Position numbers and translations under genes: made by a program. Under the pieces are notes generated by a model. It worked only from the letters and a program-made list of their open reading frames with translations, had not been told where the DNA came from and did no database searches. From NCBI GenBank assembly GCA_951406725.2, contig OX597817.1, forward strand, positions 126,356,001 through 126,420,000: a DNA stretch of 64,000 nt, in the 5' to 3' direction. The stretch comes from Octopus vulgaris. Taxonomy: Eukaryota. This document shows positions 63,395 through 64,000 of this stretch, in pieces. Numbering within the stretch: position 1 is the first letter of the stretch; every line of letters starts with the position of its first letter.

Positions 63395-64000
63395 GACTGA
63401 TCTGTAGCAGCTGTTGCTTCTGCCCTACTCACAGTAACAACATAAAATGATCATGTAATAGACCGTTCTAAAATAAGAAGAGAAAGAACCAAATACAGAA
63501 GTATTCTTGCGAGAGGAAGTGATATTCAAAACTTAGAAGCACTCTACTTTGACAGACGAAAAGACCAAACAACGATTCAAGTAAAAAAAGGAACTAAGTC
63601 TATTCTCAGATCGGTTCTGAAGAACGCATTATTTTGATTGAAGAACACAATCCACTCAATATTGACCATATTGTCCCTGGTTCTTGTCACTCATCAGCTA
63701 TTACATCAATGATATTATCATTCTCTGCTGAAAAATGATGATGATTTGGATGATTTAACTGTAGTTGGCTGTGATACGACAAATCTTAACGTTGGAATTC
63801 ATAATGGTGTCATTCGACCGCTAGCGTCCACACCAAGTGTTAGTCTGTCTGCTTCATGCAAATGAATTATTGTTGAGACGTTTATTCATATTTATTGACG
63901 GGTCAACATCAGGATCATCGAGCTACTCTGGAATGATTGGAAGGGAAATAAAAGAGTGTGAAAATCATCCAGTTGTCTAATTTGTTCCTATTAAATGTCA
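63395..64000 (+). mobile_element. decayed hAT-superfamily transposase, runs off the window end
   Basis: VIDRSKIRRER..LYFDRRKDQT..VVGCDTTNLNVG..GVIR..VCLLHANELLLRRLF..IDGSTSG..GMIG: first Asp (YFD), second Asp (CDTT) and CxxH motif; subgroup uncertain. Confidence 0.75.

Overview
AT-rich, microsatellite-dense eukaryotic DNA with no recognisable host exon. The SINE families look like those of octopus (coleoid cephalopod); this is an inference. Almost all short ORFs in the track are translations of microsatellites. The recognisable content is mobile DNA: a near-intact CR1-type LINE (37253-40691), a decayed R4/Dong element, two mariner relics, a DD41D-like Tc1/mariner relic, piggyBac and hAT relics, a pogo-type MITE, many tRNA-derived SINEs and Penelope-like (PLE) remnants. 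The main observation is a 3.5-kb array (30428-33938) of ~493-bp units in a (TA)n tract. Each unit carries a complete type I hammerhead ribozyme (HHR) with an unusually long stem II and a near-palindromic stem III, and folds extensively, as expected of a non-LTR retrozyme that could yield ~493-nt circular RNAs. Several other HHR-bearing elements of different apparent ages share parts of this design: (TA)n flanks, an inverted terminal copy, a palindromic stem III and a 19-nt box downstream of the ribozyme. This suggests a PLE-mobilised ribozyme/retrozyme system. The LINE has an ATG-less ORF2 in the -1 frame behind a G_GGA_AAC slippery site at the ORF1 stop. All alignments and folds were done by eye and need computational confirmation.
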